NCBI GenBank assembly: GCA_016215205.1
Contig: JACRKU010000024.1
Span: 4,321 to 68,320 of the forward strand
Direction of reading: 5' to 3'
DNA length: 64,000 nucleotides
DNA from: Candidatus Yonathbacteria bacterium
GTDB taxonomy: Bacteria; Patescibacteriota; Minisyncoccia; Phycocordibacterales; UBA1550
Of the stretch, positions 27,271 through 36,327 are shown in pieces. Below the pieces are notes generated by a model, which made no database searches, had not been told where the DNA came from, and was given only the letters and a program-made list of their open reading frames with translations. Every line of letters starts with the position of its first letter. The stretch's first letter is position 1. A program made the position numbers and the translations under genes.

Positions 27271-27744
27271 ATGCAAAATTTGCTCCCACGCGAAAAATAT
27301 AGAGAGGTTCTCGACATTACTCCTGTTTGTACTGCTGATATATTATTTTTCAACAGTGATAAAACAAAAACACTTCTCTTTAAAAGAGAAAACGAGCCGC
27401 TTCGAGGTGTTTATTTTTCTGTCGGCGGACGGCTTCTAAAGAATGAGCTATTGGAAAACTGCGCCGTACGCCAAGGGCTTCGAGAAGCGGGTATAAACAT
27501 AAATAGAAACGAGCTCACATTTGGCGGCGTACAAGAAGAGCTTCATCCGAATTCAGTGTTTGAAGGAGTGTCCTACCACGCGGTCGTTATTTACTACGGC
27601 TATGTGCTCAATGATGATGAGCTGATAAAACTTGATAGTCAGCACAGCGATTACGAATGGTTTTCTGTGTCTGATGATTCACTGCATCCGTTCATTAAAT
27701 CCAGAATTGCCAATTTGTTAAAAATCTATGGGAAAAAAATCTAA
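27271..27744 (+). CDS. NUDIX-family hydrolase (GDP-mannose mannosyl hydrolase-like by position)
   Basis: 157 aa; degenerate Nudix box GGRLLKNELLENCAVRQGLREAGI; sits between gmd and fcl as wcaH/gmm does in colanic-acid-type loci. Confidence 0.55.
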   Translation: MQNLLPREKYREVLDITPVCTADILFFNSDKTKTLLFKRENEPLRGVYFSVGGRLLKNELLENCAVRQGLREAGININRNELTFGGVQEELHPNSVFEGVSYHAVVIYYGYVLNDDELIKLDSQHSDYEWFSVSDDSLHPFIKSRIANLLKIYGKKI

Positions 27745-28657
27745 AATTTTTGTTGCGGGTCATCGCGGGCTCGTGGGTTCGGCGATTGTGCGCGCGCTTC
27801 AAAAAAGGGGTTTCGCAAACCTCGTCCTCAAAACGCATGCGGAGCTCGACCTGACTAATCAAGATGCAGTTGCAGATTTTTTTGCACAAGAAAAGCCGGA
27901 GTATGTCTTTCTTTCAGCCGCAAAGGTGGGCGGCATCATGGCAAACAAAACCTTCCCCGCCGATTTCATTTACAATAACCTCGCAATACAAACAAATGTC
28001 ATTCATAATGCCCATATACACAAAGTAAAAAAATTGTTGTTTCTCGGAAGCTCCTGCATCTATCCCAAGTTATGTCCGCAACCAATAAAAGAGGAGTATC
28101 TTTTGACGAGCGCCCTTGAACCATCCAACAAGGCTTACGCGGTAGCAAAAATCGCGGGAATAATTATGTGTCAGTCATACAACGAACAGTATGGCACCAA
28201 TTTCATCTCGCTTATGCCAACCAACCTTTATGGTCCTCACGACAACTTTGACCTTGAAAACTCGCATGTGATGCCGGGAATGATTCGAAAATTCCACGAA
28301 GCTAAACTGGGCGATAAACCGAGTGTTACCTTGTGGGGCACAGGGAGCGCGATGCGCGAATTTCTGCACATAGACGACCTCGCGGAGGCAAGTTTATTTT
28401 TGATGGAGAATTACAACGATTCTTCTATTATTAATGTGGGGACAGGAGAAGACGTGACAATAAAAGAACTCGCGGAAAAAATAAAAAAAGTCGTAGGATA
28501 TAATGGCGAGATTGTTTGGGACAAAACTATGCCGGATGGTACTCCTAGAAAACTTCTTGATGTAAGCAAGCTCCACGCGCTTGGATGGAAACACTCTGTT
28601 CAACTCGGCGAAGGCATCTCATCAACGTATAATTGGTTTAAAGAGAACTATAAATAA
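27728..28657 (+). CDS. fcl: GDP-L-fucose synthase (GDP-4-keto-6-deoxymannose 3,5-epimerase/4-reductase)
   Basis: 309 aa; IFVAGHRGLVGSAIVR, SSCIYPK, YAVAK (YxxxK), NLYGPHDNF blocks characteristic of Fcl/WcaG. Confidence 0.85.
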   Translation: MGKKSKIFVAGHRGLVGSAIVRALQKRGFANLVLKTHAELDLTNQDAVADFFAQEKPEYVFLSAAKVGGIMANKTFPADFIYNNLAIQTNVIHNAHIHKVKKLLFLGSSCIYPKLCPQPIKEEYLLTSALEPSNKAYAVAKIAGIIMCQSYNEQYGTNFISLMPTNLYGPHDNFDLENSHVMPGMIRKFHEAKLGDKPSVTLWGTGSAMREFLHIDDLAEASLFLMENYNDSSIINVGTGEDVTIKELAEKIKKVVGYNGEIVWDKTMPDGTPRKLLDVSKLHALGWKHSVQLGEGISSTYNWFKENYK

Positions 28658-28663
28658 CTAACC

Positions 28664-29524
28664 TTAGATCCTCACCCACCCTTCGGGGATTATGTTGGGA
28701 TGTGGGTCTGGAGCTATGTTTACCCATTTTTTAGGAGCAATGACTATCTTGTTTGGATTTTTATTAAGGTATGCTCCCCACCAAGAAAAAGAAGAGTTTG
28801 CGATGATGTTGTGGGCACATGAGGACATTAACATTAGCTCTTCATACTCCTCGAGACTAGGGCTTGAAACATATTTAAAATCGGCATGCTCCCCGAACTC
28901 TTTTTTGACCCACTCGATATCGTCAGAGAAAAAGTAGAATATTGGCGAATCAACTTTTGACCTCATTAAACTCATTGCCTGCTCATAATACTCCTTCGAA
29001 CATACCCCGTGAGTACTATTTATTTTAGGGTCGCTCACATAGTCCCCTCTTCTAATATGCACGGAGACACTATTCACTTTATCAATCTTACTTTTCTCCA
29101 GTAAAAAAATTTTTGATTCATTTTTAAAAGTGAACTCTTTAAGTACCTTATCCTTTATGTTGAGAAAGTTTTTTTCTGACTGAAAATATCCTTCAATATA
29201 ATTGTGGCTTTTCTTTAAAAAATTGGGATTATAATCCAGATTATGCTTCTTTAAAACCCTTTGATTAAGAGCTCTCAACAATTTTGAAATAACCCCGAGC
29301 GGATTTCTCGCCTTTTCAACTTCGTTGATAGTCGCGATATTTCCTGAAAGATTAAGGGGAAACATTTTATATTGCCTCGGCGTATTCGCATTAACATAGC
29401 GCGGGTCATCATACCCAGTAATATCAAGCTTCATCTCTTGGTTGTGCGCAGTAGCAATAGCAAGCCCTGTCGCATACTGAAACATCTGGTTCCCGAGACC
29501 TCCTTTTAATTTAATGGTAATCAT
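28664..29524 (-). CDS. GT11-family alpha-1,2-fucosyltransferase
   Basis: 286 aa; LKGGLGNQMFQYA N-terminal motif and HIRRGDY motif are the signature of glycosyltransferase family 11 (FutC/WbgL-like). Confidence 0.8.
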   Translation of the reverse strand: MITIKLKGGLGNQMFQYATGLAIATAHNQEMKLDITGYDDPRYVNANTPRQYKMFPLNLSGNIATINEVEKARNPLGVISKLLRALNQRVLKKHNLDYNPNFLKKSHNYIEGYFQSEKNFLNIKDKVLKEFTFKNESKIFLLEKSKIDKVNSVSVHIRRGDYVSDPKINSTHGVCSKEYYEQAMSLMRSKVDSPIFYFFSDDIEWVKKEFGEHADFKYVSSPSLEEYEELMLMSSCAHNIIANSSFSWWGAYLNKNPNKIVIAPKKWVNIAPDPHPNIIPEGWVRI

Positions 29525-29526
29525 AA

Positions 29527-30252
29527 TTATTTTTTAAACAAAAAGCATCCGCAAGCATAGTTTTGATATTGTACGAGATTGGGATCTGCGTTTTTAATAA
29601 AATCCCCCTGTTCCACCATATCGGTAACCATCGAAAATTCCACGAGTTTTAAGTCTGGAAAAAGAGATGGGACTTGCTCGTAACTATAAATGCGGTGCGC
29701 GTTAAATTCTATTTTGGGCTTTCCAACTGGCACTACAAAAATGAGATGCCCGCCCACTGTAAGTACGCGAGAAAGTTCACGCGTAGCCTTAATATCGCCA
29801 TTAGGGTCAATAGTATCACCGTATCTTCCAAGCCCGATATGCTCAACAGTATGCATACACGAAAGCGACTTAATCGAGTTGTCCTTAAATTGCATTTTTG
29901 TAAGGTCGCAAGCACCACTTTCTACGCCAGACAATTTTAATTGAGCTGGTCGATAATCATAAAATTTTACGGGAACAAAAGCTGATACAATACCCGCAAA
30001 ATAGAGAGAAGAGGAAATATCCGTATGAAACGGAGGATTTATTTCCTTCACTTTCCTTGCCGCCCAAGACGTATGATAGACATAATGTCTATCAAATCCA
30101 GTTTTTACTGTCTTGTCTTTTATGCAAGGGTAAAAATCAGATAATAATAAACTGAATCGAGGATTTTTATCCTGCTTCCAAAACTTCAAAAAATCCATCA
30201 GCACAAATGGAGTAAGGAACAGACGTATAGTTTTTTTTATTATTTTTTTCAT
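29527..30252 (-). CDS. Methyltransferase-like protein (DUF268-like; CMHTVEHIGLGRYGD motif)
   Basis: 241 aa; the LSCMHTVEHIGLGRYGD...LIFVVPVG block recalls DUF268/class I SAM-MTase-like proteins. Assignment is tentative. Confidence 0.45.
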   Translation of the reverse strand: MKKIIKKTIRLFLTPFVLMDFLKFWKQDKNPRFSLLLSDFYPCIKDKTVKTGFDRHYVYHTSWAARKVKEINPPFHTDISSSLYFAGIVSAFVPVKFYDYRPAQLKLSGVESGACDLTKMQFKDNSIKSLSCMHTVEHIGLGRYGDTIDPNGDIKATRELSRVLTVGGHLIFVVPVGKPKIEFNAHRIYSYEQVPSLFPDLKLVEFSMVTDMVEQGDFIKNADPNLVQYQNYACGCFLFKK

Positions 30253-30298
30253 TTTTGATTTTTATCCATTTTGTCTTTTTGTTTGACTTATCTAATTT

Positions 30299-30991
30299 AT
30301 GTATCAAAATGTAAATTATGGTATAGTGTCAATTATATCATTAAATATGAAACAAAGTACGCCAAAAAACAAGAAAAATGCAGTCAAAGCAGTACTTTTT
30401 GACCTAGATGGTGTTCTGGTAAACATGCCGGACGGGCACTACGAAGCACTGAATAAAGCACTCGGGCTTTTTGGTGTCTGTATAAACAAGGACGAGCATT
30501 ACGGTCATTTTAACGGGCTACCGACAAGAAAGAAGCTGGAAACACTTGAGCAACAAGGGCGCCTGCCAACTGGTTTGCGAGAATTCATCAATGATATAAA
30601 ACAGAAATACACAAAAGAAATTATTCCTCAGTACTGCGCGCCGGATTATTCAAAAATAATACTCCTACGCCATCTTAAGGAACAAGGATTTAAGCTTGGG
30701 TGTTGCTCAAATTCTACAAAAGAAACACTTCATTTGATGTTAAAATCCGCTCAACTTTTTGATTTTTTTGATATAATTATAGGGAATGACGAGGTTAAAA
30801 ACCCGAAACCGAGTCCCGAGATATATCAAGTAGCATTTGAAAAACTTTGTGTTTCTCCAGAAGAGTGTGTCGTTGTCGAGGATTCCCCCCATGGAATTGC
30901 GTCCGCGAAGGCAAGCGGCGCGGCGGTATACGAAGTTAAAGATGTCGATGATGTGACCTTATCTTTGTTTGAAAAAATTTTATCAAAATAA
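30299..30991 (+). CDS. HAD-superfamily hydrolase (HAD-IA phosphatase/beta-PGM-like)
   Basis: Motif I AVLFDLDGVLV, motif III K, motif IV EDSPHG. An alternative ATG at 30347 (MKQSTPK...) is equally possible. Confidence 0.7.
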   Translation: MYQNVNYGIVSIISLNMKQSTPKNKKNAVKAVLFDLDGVLVNMPDGHYEALNKALGLFGVCINKDEHYGHFNGLPTRKKLETLEQQGRLPTGLREFINDIKQKYTKEIIPQYCAPDYSKIILLRHLKEQGFKLGCCSNSTKETLHLMLKSAQLFDFFDIIIGNDEVKNPKPSPEIYQVAFEKLCVSPEECVVVEDSPHGIASAKASGAAVYEVKDVDDVTLSLFEKILSK

Positions 30992-31003
30992 CTAAACTAT
31001 ACT

Positions 31004-31750
31004 ATGCTCAATATTGTCATCCCTATGGCCGGAAAAGGCTCTCGTTTCCAAGAAGCTGGTTATGCGTTTCCTAAGCCACTCATTGATATCAATGGCGAAA
31101 CAATGATTGAAGTGGTTATCAGAAACCTAAAACCACAATGCGAACATAAGTTTATTTTTATTTGCCAGAGAGAACATTATGAAAAATATGACCTTCATAA
31201 TGTTCTAAAGAACGCAACTAACAATAATTTTGAAGTTGTTTTGCTGAACGACATCACACAAGGCGCAGCCTGCACTGTTTTGACCGCCGCACAATATATT
31301 AATAACGATGACGATTTAATTATCGCCAACTCAGACCAGTTCATCGAATTCGATATTAACGATTTCATCAAGGAATCGCGCGAGGATGGAAAAGATGGGC
31401 TCATTATGACGTTCAAAGCAAGCCACCCCAAATGGAGCTACGCTCGTGTTGACAGCACAGACAAAGTGGTTGAGGTTGCAGAAAAGAAGGTAATTTCAGA
31501 CAAGGCAACTGTAGGAATCTACTATATAAAAAATGGCAAGGATTTTGTGAAAGGGGCACAATCAATGATCCATAAAGACATCCGTCACAATAATGAATTC
31601 TACGTCTGTCCAGTGTATAATGAGCTCATTCTTGAAGGAAGGAAAATTTACATTTACAACATTGACGCTGGGAAAATGCATGGACTCGGAACACCTGAAG
31701 ACCTTGGTGCATTTCTTAGAAAAGTAGATGAGGGGAAAATAACCCAATAA
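31004..31750 (+). CDS. MobA/LicC-like sugar- or polyol-phosphate nucleotidyltransferase
   Basis: 248 aa; N-terminal IVIPMAGKGSRF nucleotide-binding loop and GT-A-like fold pattern of small nucleotidyltransferases (LicC/IspD/KpsU type). Confidence 0.6.
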   Translation: MLNIVIPMAGKGSRFQEAGYAFPKPLIDINGETMIEVVIRNLKPQCEHKFIFICQREHYEKYDLHNVLKNATNNNFEVVLLNDITQGAACTVLTAAQYINNDDDLIIANSDQFIEFDINDFIKESREDGKDGLIMTFKASHPKWSYARVDSTDKVVEVAEKKVISDKATVGIYYIKNGKDFVKGAQSMIHKDIRHNNEFYVCPVYNELILEGRKIYIYNIDAGKMHGLGTPEDLGAFLRKVDEGKITQ

Positions 31751-32610
31751 TGCAAACTATTACACACCGCGGGCTTGACCCATCAATAAAAGATTATTTC
31801 GTTGAAAGTTCGCGCGAGGCATTCAAGGATCAACTAACTCGCGGTTTTGGACTTGAGTTTGACCTTCAATTAACAAAAGATAATAGAATCATTATCCTGC
31901 ACGACAGCACACTTAGCCGTATTTCAAACGAGAAAGATGAACGAAAAATTTGCCAAGTTACCGAAGAGGAAATACTTTCTATGGAGTTTCGTGGTTGCCA
32001 CTTGGTCTCGTTCGATACACTACTAACACTTATTCAAGATAATCAGGCACCAAACGCTATTTCAGCAATTCACCTTAAGCAAAGAAATCAAGATAAGGAG
32101 ACGCTTGATATCATCCTTTCTTATTTGGAGCATCAAGATACAACGAAATTCCTAGTGTTTGATGTTACATTAGAGACTGCCAAATACATAAAAGGTAAGA
32201 ATAGTAAAATAAATCTCGCGCCATCAGTAGCACATCCTTTTGATATAGTACGTTACGGCAGTGCTGTTGGCGGTACTCTTATGGATTTAGAGACTGCACT
32301 TAAACATAAAGATCTTTTTAGTTGGGTGTGGCTTGACGAATGGGACATTACGGGCGAGAATAATTGCACAAAACTGTTTTATACTGAGGAAGTGTTTAAT
32401 AAGATTCGCAAGGCTAATATAAAGATTGGCCTTGTAACACCGGAGTTGCACGCTACCTCTCCTAATTTATTGGGTGGAGAAGGCCACCCAGATGCCGCGG
32501 ACAAAGACGGATTATTTGCACGAATTAAAGAAATAATTAAACTTAAACCCGATGCAATTTGTACAGATTACCCAGATTATGTTAATAATTTATCCAAACA
32601 GCGGGTATGA
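31750..32610 (+). CDS. Glycerophosphodiester phosphodiesterase (GDPD)-family protein
   Basis: 286 aa; HRG...E.S.EAF...GFGLEFDLQLTKDNRIIILHDSTLSR fits the GDPD catalytic N-terminal block (HR..ENT/E..D..T.DG..V..HD). TGA stop overlapping the next ATG (ATGA). Confidence 0.65.
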   Translation: MQTITHRGLDPSIKDYFVESSREAFKDQLTRGFGLEFDLQLTKDNRIIILHDSTLSRISNEKDERKICQVTEEEILSMEFRGCHLVSFDTLLTLIQDNQAPNAISAIHLKQRNQDKETLDIILSYLEHQDTTKFLVFDVTLETAKYIKGKNSKINLAPSVAHPFDIVRYGSAVGGTLMDLETALKHKDLFSWVWLDEWDITGENNCTKLFYTEEVFNKIRKANIKIGLVTPELHATSPNLLGGEGHPDAADKDGLFARIKEIIKLKPDAICTDYPDYVNNLSKQRV

Positions 32611-33677
32611 CATCAAATATATTTAAAATTCGAAATATAAGACAAATAGTAGTCAGGATTCGCAAACGACTATCGTCTTGGGAAATACTTAATTTTTTAC
32701 TTTTGCTTATTATTAAAATTAAAGAAGCAAGAGAAAATAGTTTCTACACAATACACAGAAGGCCGCAGAAATCTTCTGGCATTTCTACTTATGTAATAAA
32801 ATATAAAGAAAAACAAAATACAGCAATTGTTATGCATGGCCAAATTATTACTAAAAATAATTTTACACTGGAGACAGCTTCCCTCTATAAGAAAAATTTT
32901 CCTAACACAATTTTGATACTTTCTACGTGGCTAAACGAGGACAAGAAAACTATACAAAAGATACGGCAGGTTGGTTGGACCGTGGTACAAAATGAAAAAC
33001 CATCATACTCTGGGTACTACAATATAAATTATCAACTCACTAGTTCTAGTAACGGAATTCAGGCTGCTAAAAAATCAGGTGCTGAATATGTTCTAAAAAC
33101 TCGTACTGACCAACGCATTTATAATCCAAATGCTATTAGGCTACTCCATAGCTTCAGCAAACTATACCCCCCAAATAAAGATTCGCAACAAGCTAAACGC
33201 TTAATTATTCCAAATATTGATACATTCAAATATAGACCATACGGCATAGGAGACATGATTATGTTTGGACATATTGACGATATGTTGCTTTATTGGGGAA
33301 CAGAGCACGACATGAGATCGGCGCCCCTCAATAGATACCCGACAGTTATTGAAGATGCGCAAGCAAAAACGAGCGAGGTCTATCTTTGTACAGAATATAT
33401 GAAAAAGTTAAAACAACCACTAATCTGGACAATTGATAATTCCTGGAAAGTATTCGGGAAGTACTTTTGTATATTTGATTACTCTCTTTTGGATATGTTT
33501 TGGTATAAATATAAGGTGCATGAAGAATACAGATCACACTATTATAATTCAACTCACAGTCTTCAAATTATGCAATACTACGAATGGATTTCCTGCTACG
33601 AAAATACCTATAACCCGAATTCTCTTCCAGAAGAAATACTTAATGTGAAGATTGGCGACTCACTACCAAAAAGGTAA
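32607..33677 (+). CDS. Hypothetical protein in glycan cluster (no confident family; possibly LPS/glycan-modifying)
   Basis: 356 aa, AT-rich codon usage consistent with island neighbours, translationally coupled (ATGA) to the upstream gene; no diagnostic motif recognised. Confidence 0.55.
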   Translation: MTSNIFKIRNIRQIVVRIRKRLSSWEILNFLLLLIIKIKEARENSFYTIHRRPQKSSGISTYVIKYKEKQNTAIVMHGQIITKNNFTLETASLYKKNFPNTILILSTWLNEDKKTIQKIRQVGWTVVQNEKPSYSGYYNINYQLTSSSNGIQAAKKSGAEYVLKTRTDQRIYNPNAIRLLHSFSKLYPPNKDSQQAKRLIIPNIDTFKYRPYGIGDMIMFGHIDDMLLYWGTEHDMRSAPLNRYPTVIEDAQAKTSEVYLCTEYMKKLKQPLIWTIDNSWKVFGKYFCIFDYSLLDMFWYKYKVHEEYRSHYYNSTHSLQIMQYYEWISCYENTYNPNSLPEEILNVKIGDSLPKR

Positions 33678-33709
33678 GCTATATTATAGAGACCTTACTC
33701 AATATCGCC

Positions 33710-34621
33710 ATGTTTACTACCCCAATACTACTCATCATATTCAACCGCCCCGACAAGGTTGAACGGCTAATTAACTCCTTGCGCAGTGTGAAACCTACGA
33801 AAGTATACGTTTCTGCAGATGGACCACGGGAGAATGTTGCTACAGACCATTCACGCTGTGATAGAGCGCGCGCGGTCGTTAGTCAGATTGACTGGCCATG
33901 TGAAGTTTTTACGAATTTCCATGAATATAATACGGGGGCAGATTTTGGTCCAGAAAAGGCGATTAATTGGTTTTTCGATAATGTTGATGAGGGGATTATT
34001 CTTGAGGATGACTGTATCGCGCATCCTGATTTCTTTCGCTTTGCGAAAGAAATGCTTTCGCGATATCGTGCCAATGATCAAGTAATGATGATTTCAGGCA
34101 ACAATTTTCAGAACGAAATTATACGAGGTGATGGGAGTTATTATTTCTCAAAATACCCGAGCACGTGGGGCTGGGCTTCATGGAGGCGGGCATGGATGCA
34201 TTACGACACAAGAATTTCTGGCTACAGAGAATTCACCGATAGAAATATACTGGACACTATATGCCAAAGCCCTGCTGAAAAAAAATACTGGACGAAATTC
34301 TTTGAGAAAATTAACAGCGGAGAACTCAATCATTGGGATATTAAATGGATATTTGCAGTTTGGAATAATAATGGCATTTCAATCACACCAAATGTAAATC
34401 TTGTTCAGAATATTGGCTTTGGAAACGACGCGACACACACCTTTACGCATGATGATACAATGGTAGTAAGAGCAGTTGAACTAGGTGAGATAACCCACCC
34501 ATCAACCACTATAGTAGATAAAAAGGCGGACGCATACCTTTTCGAGCATGTCTACAAATTCACTCTTATAAAAAGGTTTTTCTATCTTATAGAACTTATA
34601 AAAAGAAGACTTACTAGATGA
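33710..34621 (+). CDS. Putative GT-A-fold glycosyltransferase (GNT-I/HlpA-like)
   Basis: 303 aa; N-terminal PILLIIFNRPDKVERLINSL and EDDC (DxD-like) blocks recall GlcNAc-transferase-I/HlpA-like GT-A proteins. Tentative. Confidence 0.45.
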   Translation: MFTTPILLIIFNRPDKVERLINSLRSVKPTKVYVSADGPRENVATDHSRCDRARAVVSQIDWPCEVFTNFHEYNTGADFGPEKAINWFFDNVDEGIILEDDCIAHPDFFRFAKEMLSRYRANDQVMMISGNNFQNEIIRGDGSYYFSKYPSTWGWASWRRAWMHYDTRISGYREFTDRNILDTICQSPAEKKYWTKFFEKINSGELNHWDIKWIFAVWNNNGISITPNVNLVQNIGFGNDATHTFTHDDTMVVRAVELGEITHPSTTIVDKKADAYLFEHVYKFTLIKRFFYLIELIKRRLTR

Positions 34622-34654
34622 AAAAATACCCCACATATACATGTGGGGTATTTC
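34621..34654. terminator. Intrinsic terminator after the plus-strand sub-operon
   Basis: aaaaa-ataccccaca-tataca-tgtggggtat-tt hairpin directly after the TGA stop of 33710-34621. Confidence 0.6.
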
Positions 34655-34662
34655 CTTAATTA

Positions 34663-35181
34663 CTACTGACACCATCCATTGTTTCTTGTGAAGGCGACTG
34701 CGCAGAATGACCAATAGAGATCCCGCTCGCTCACAATCACATCGACAAATCCGAGATCAAGGAGTAACCGCTCCATATCTTTCGGATAAAACATGTGGAA
34801 GTGTTTTTTATTATTCTGAGGCAACCAGCAGACCATATCGGGATGCGGTAAGTAGAGGAAGAGAACCCCGTCAATTTCTTTCAAATGCTCCTTCCAATAC
34901 ATGAGCGCGCGCACATAGTCAGGAAGATGTTCGAGCGTATGACTGCTAAAAATAAAATCAAACTTTCCGGCGGGCAGGTTATATGCATCAAATTTGTCCG
35001 GAATAACAACATTAATTGCTTGAGCTCCGGGGAAAACCGAATTATCAAACCCGCCGATATCAAGACCCCTACCTTTACAAAATTCAACTGCGAAAGGCAT
35101 GATATATGAACACGCATTCCCTCTTTTCATATAGGATGGGTACCTGATGCCCTTGCAATATACTTCCAGTGCTTCTGCCAT
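34663..35181 (-). CDS. Class I SAM-dependent methyltransferase
   Basis: 172 aa; motif I LDIGGFDNS, motif post-I FDFIFSSHTLEHL. Confidence 0.7.
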   Translation of the reverse strand: MAEALEVYCKGIRYPSYMKRGNACSYIMPFAVEFCKGRGLDIGGFDNSVFPGAQAINVVIPDKFDAYNLPAGKFDFIFSSHTLEHLPDYVRALMYWKEHLKEIDGVLFLYLPHPDMVCWLPQNNKKHFHMFYPKDMERLLLDLGFVDVIVSERDLYWSFCAVAFTRNNGWCQ

Positions 35182-35220
35182 GACAACCTCCGTATAATTA
35201 GGTTACGAACAGATCCTCAG

Positions 35221-35733
35221 TTACACTACCACACTTATAGATTTTTGTAAATGAATCATCGCTTCGGAGGGTTTATTAGGTTGCACAAAAATTGATTTAC
35301 CCAATCCAAACTGCTCCCCCATATAAACATCGTCAACCGAGTCGGAAATGAGCAACGATTGAGTTTTGTCAAATTTATAAAGCTCCATAGCTTCACGAAG
35401 CATCCCATCTTTGGGTTTCCTGCACTCGCAGGTATTATTTTCATGAGGGCAGTATAAAATATCTAGAATTTCAATTCCCTTTTTATAAAATTCATCTTTC
35501 ATGTGCCTGTGAATTTTACGTACTGTTTCTTCTGTGTAAAGTCCCCTTGCGACCCCTCGTTGATTAGTTATAACAATAAACTCAAATCCTTCATTTTTTA
35601 ACTTTGAAACAACCCCAAATATACCCTCGTTAAAAATGAAATCTTCTACGCGCGTGATGTAATAGTGTTCTTCTGCTTTCTTATTTATCACACCATCACG
35701 ATCTAAAAAAGCAATTTTTTTACTTTTTCCCAT
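35221..35733 (-). CDS. gmhB: D-glycero-D-manno-heptose 1,7-bisphosphate phosphatase
   Basis: 170 aa; IAFLDRDGVINK (HAD motif I), ITNQ, and the GmhB-specific CxC-RKP zinc loop (CECRKPKDGML). Confidence 0.8.
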   Translation of the reverse strand: MGKSKKIAFLDRDGVINKKAEEHYYITRVEDFIFNEGIFGVVSKLKNEGFEFIVITNQRGVARGLYTEETVRKIHRHMKDEFYKKGIEILDILYCPHENNTCECRKPKDGMLREAMELYKFDKTQSLLISDSVDDVYMGEQFGLGKSIFVQPNKPSEAMIHLQKSISVVV

Positions 35734-36325
35734 TTTTTTCTATGATATGGTCAAAATAATCCTGGAAGTAACTGGTAAGTAAGTGCAGTATGGCATTATG
35801 AACACTTTCAACTACTGCATAAGCTCCAGACTTCGTCTTTACCACAATTTTTGCATCTGCCAATTCATTTAATTTACCGCCTGTAAATCCCGAAACTCCG
35901 ATGACCGGCACGTGGTGAGATTTTGCCAGTTCCACTGCTTTAATAATATTCAGAGAATTACCAGAACTGCTTATTGCAATAAGGCAATCTGTCTCCTGCA
36001 AGTAATTCTTAAGCGGACCGGCAAAGACCATGTCAAAACCAACATCATTTGCCCAAGCGGTAATCTCTGCCTCTGTTGAAGGAAGCCGGATTGCTTGGAA
36101 TCTTTTTATGCTGGAATCTAGATTGTGACTAAATACTGTCTTATTAAAATCACCGACCCAATGTGTTGCCATCGCCATTGACCCTCCGTTTCCAAAAACG
36201 TAGATTCTTCCATCGCGCTCATAGACTGACTGAATAATATGAATGGCTTTGGCTATCTCATCTTTGGGAAGATTCCTCATTTGTTCTATTACCTCGTCTG
36301 CAAAATTATCAATATATTTATACAT
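35720..36325 (-). CDS. gmhA: Sedoheptulose-7-phosphate isomerase (SIS domain)
   Basis: 201 aa; GNGGSMAMATHWVGDF and SSSGNS SIS-domain blocks as in GmhA. 14-nt overlap with gmhB. Confidence 0.8.
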   Translation of the reverse strand: MYKYIDNFADEVIEQMRNLPKDEIAKAIHIIQSVYERDGRIYVFGNGGSMAMATHWVGDFNKTVFSHNLDSSIKRFQAIRLPSTEAEITAWANDVGFDMVFAGPLKNYLQETDCLIAISSSGNSLNIIKAVELAKSHHVPVIGVSGFTGGKLNELADAKIVVKTKSGAYAVVESVHNAILHLLTSYFQDYFDHIIEKNGKK

Positions 36326-36327
36326 AA

